Assembly: GCA_039803545.1 (NCBI GenBank)
Contig: JBDRYS010000002.1
Span: 68,385 to 132,384 of the forward strand
Source: a candidate division WOR-3 bacterium
GTDB lineage: Bacteria > Hydrothermota > Hydrothermia > UBA1063
Direction: 5' to 3'
Length of the DNA: 64,000 nucleotides
Notes under the pieces: model-generated
Databases searched by the model: none
Told to the model about the DNA's origin: nothing
Seen by the model: the letters and a program-made list of their open reading frames with translations, nothing else
Translations under genes and position numbers: made by a program
Shown: in pieces, positions 63,960-64,000 of the stretch
Layout: each line of letters starts with the position of its first letter
How positions within the stretch are numbered: position 1 is the stretch's first letter

Positions 63960-64000
63960 CAGCTACGCTAAATGATAAAGGGGCAAATATGGAAATTCAA

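Noticed and set aside
63989-64000. ATG with AAGGGG SD at the window edge
   Set aside because: Only 4 codons are visible, which is too short to call.

Overview
The window looks like a chromosomal segment from a Thermotogota-like bacterium. Supporting signs are about 40% GC, EF-Tu/EF-G and NadX very close to Thermotoga, and zinc-type ribosomal proteins. Bases 33.7-63.9 kb (minus strand) carry the conserved translation/transcription supercluster: tRNA-Arg, tRNA-Trp, rpmG-secE-nusG-rplKAJL, rpoBC, rpsLG-fusA-tuf, the S10, spc and alpha operons, with rpmJ recovered by hand. Upstream, also on the minus strand, is an energy module: indolepyruvate:ferredoxin oxidoreductase iorAB, then rnfCDGEAB plus an RseC-like gene. 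The first 25 kb is a mixed housekeeping and signalling region. It holds an ArsR-like regulator/membrane/Gly-rich operon, a coiled-coil-TM-PQQ propeller protein, purE-purC, a GAF-HD-GYP phosphodiesterase, tRNA-Glu/tRNA-Gln immediately followed by guaB, a LytR_C protein, an orphan fumarate hydratase beta subunit, apbE, tldD, nadX-nadC, an orphan sucD with LolA-like and PaaI genes, and two paralogous nucleotide-cyclase-STAND-TPR loci. No CRISPR array, IS element or phage module was seen. The most notable observations are these. A GGDEF-STAND-TPR gene is split by a 1-nt lesion exactly at the Walker A lysine codon, next to an intact adenylate-cyclase-STAND-TPR paralog. At least five genes start 5-7 nt after a consensus -10 with no Shine-Dalgarno, pointing to leaderless mRNAs. 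A consensus promoter is overlapped by a perfect palindromic operator for a putatively autoregulated operon. RnfG carries tandem FMN-binding domains. guaB is fused to a tRNA transcription unit. Terminator and attenuator hairpins lie at rplQ and in the rplL-rpoB spacer.
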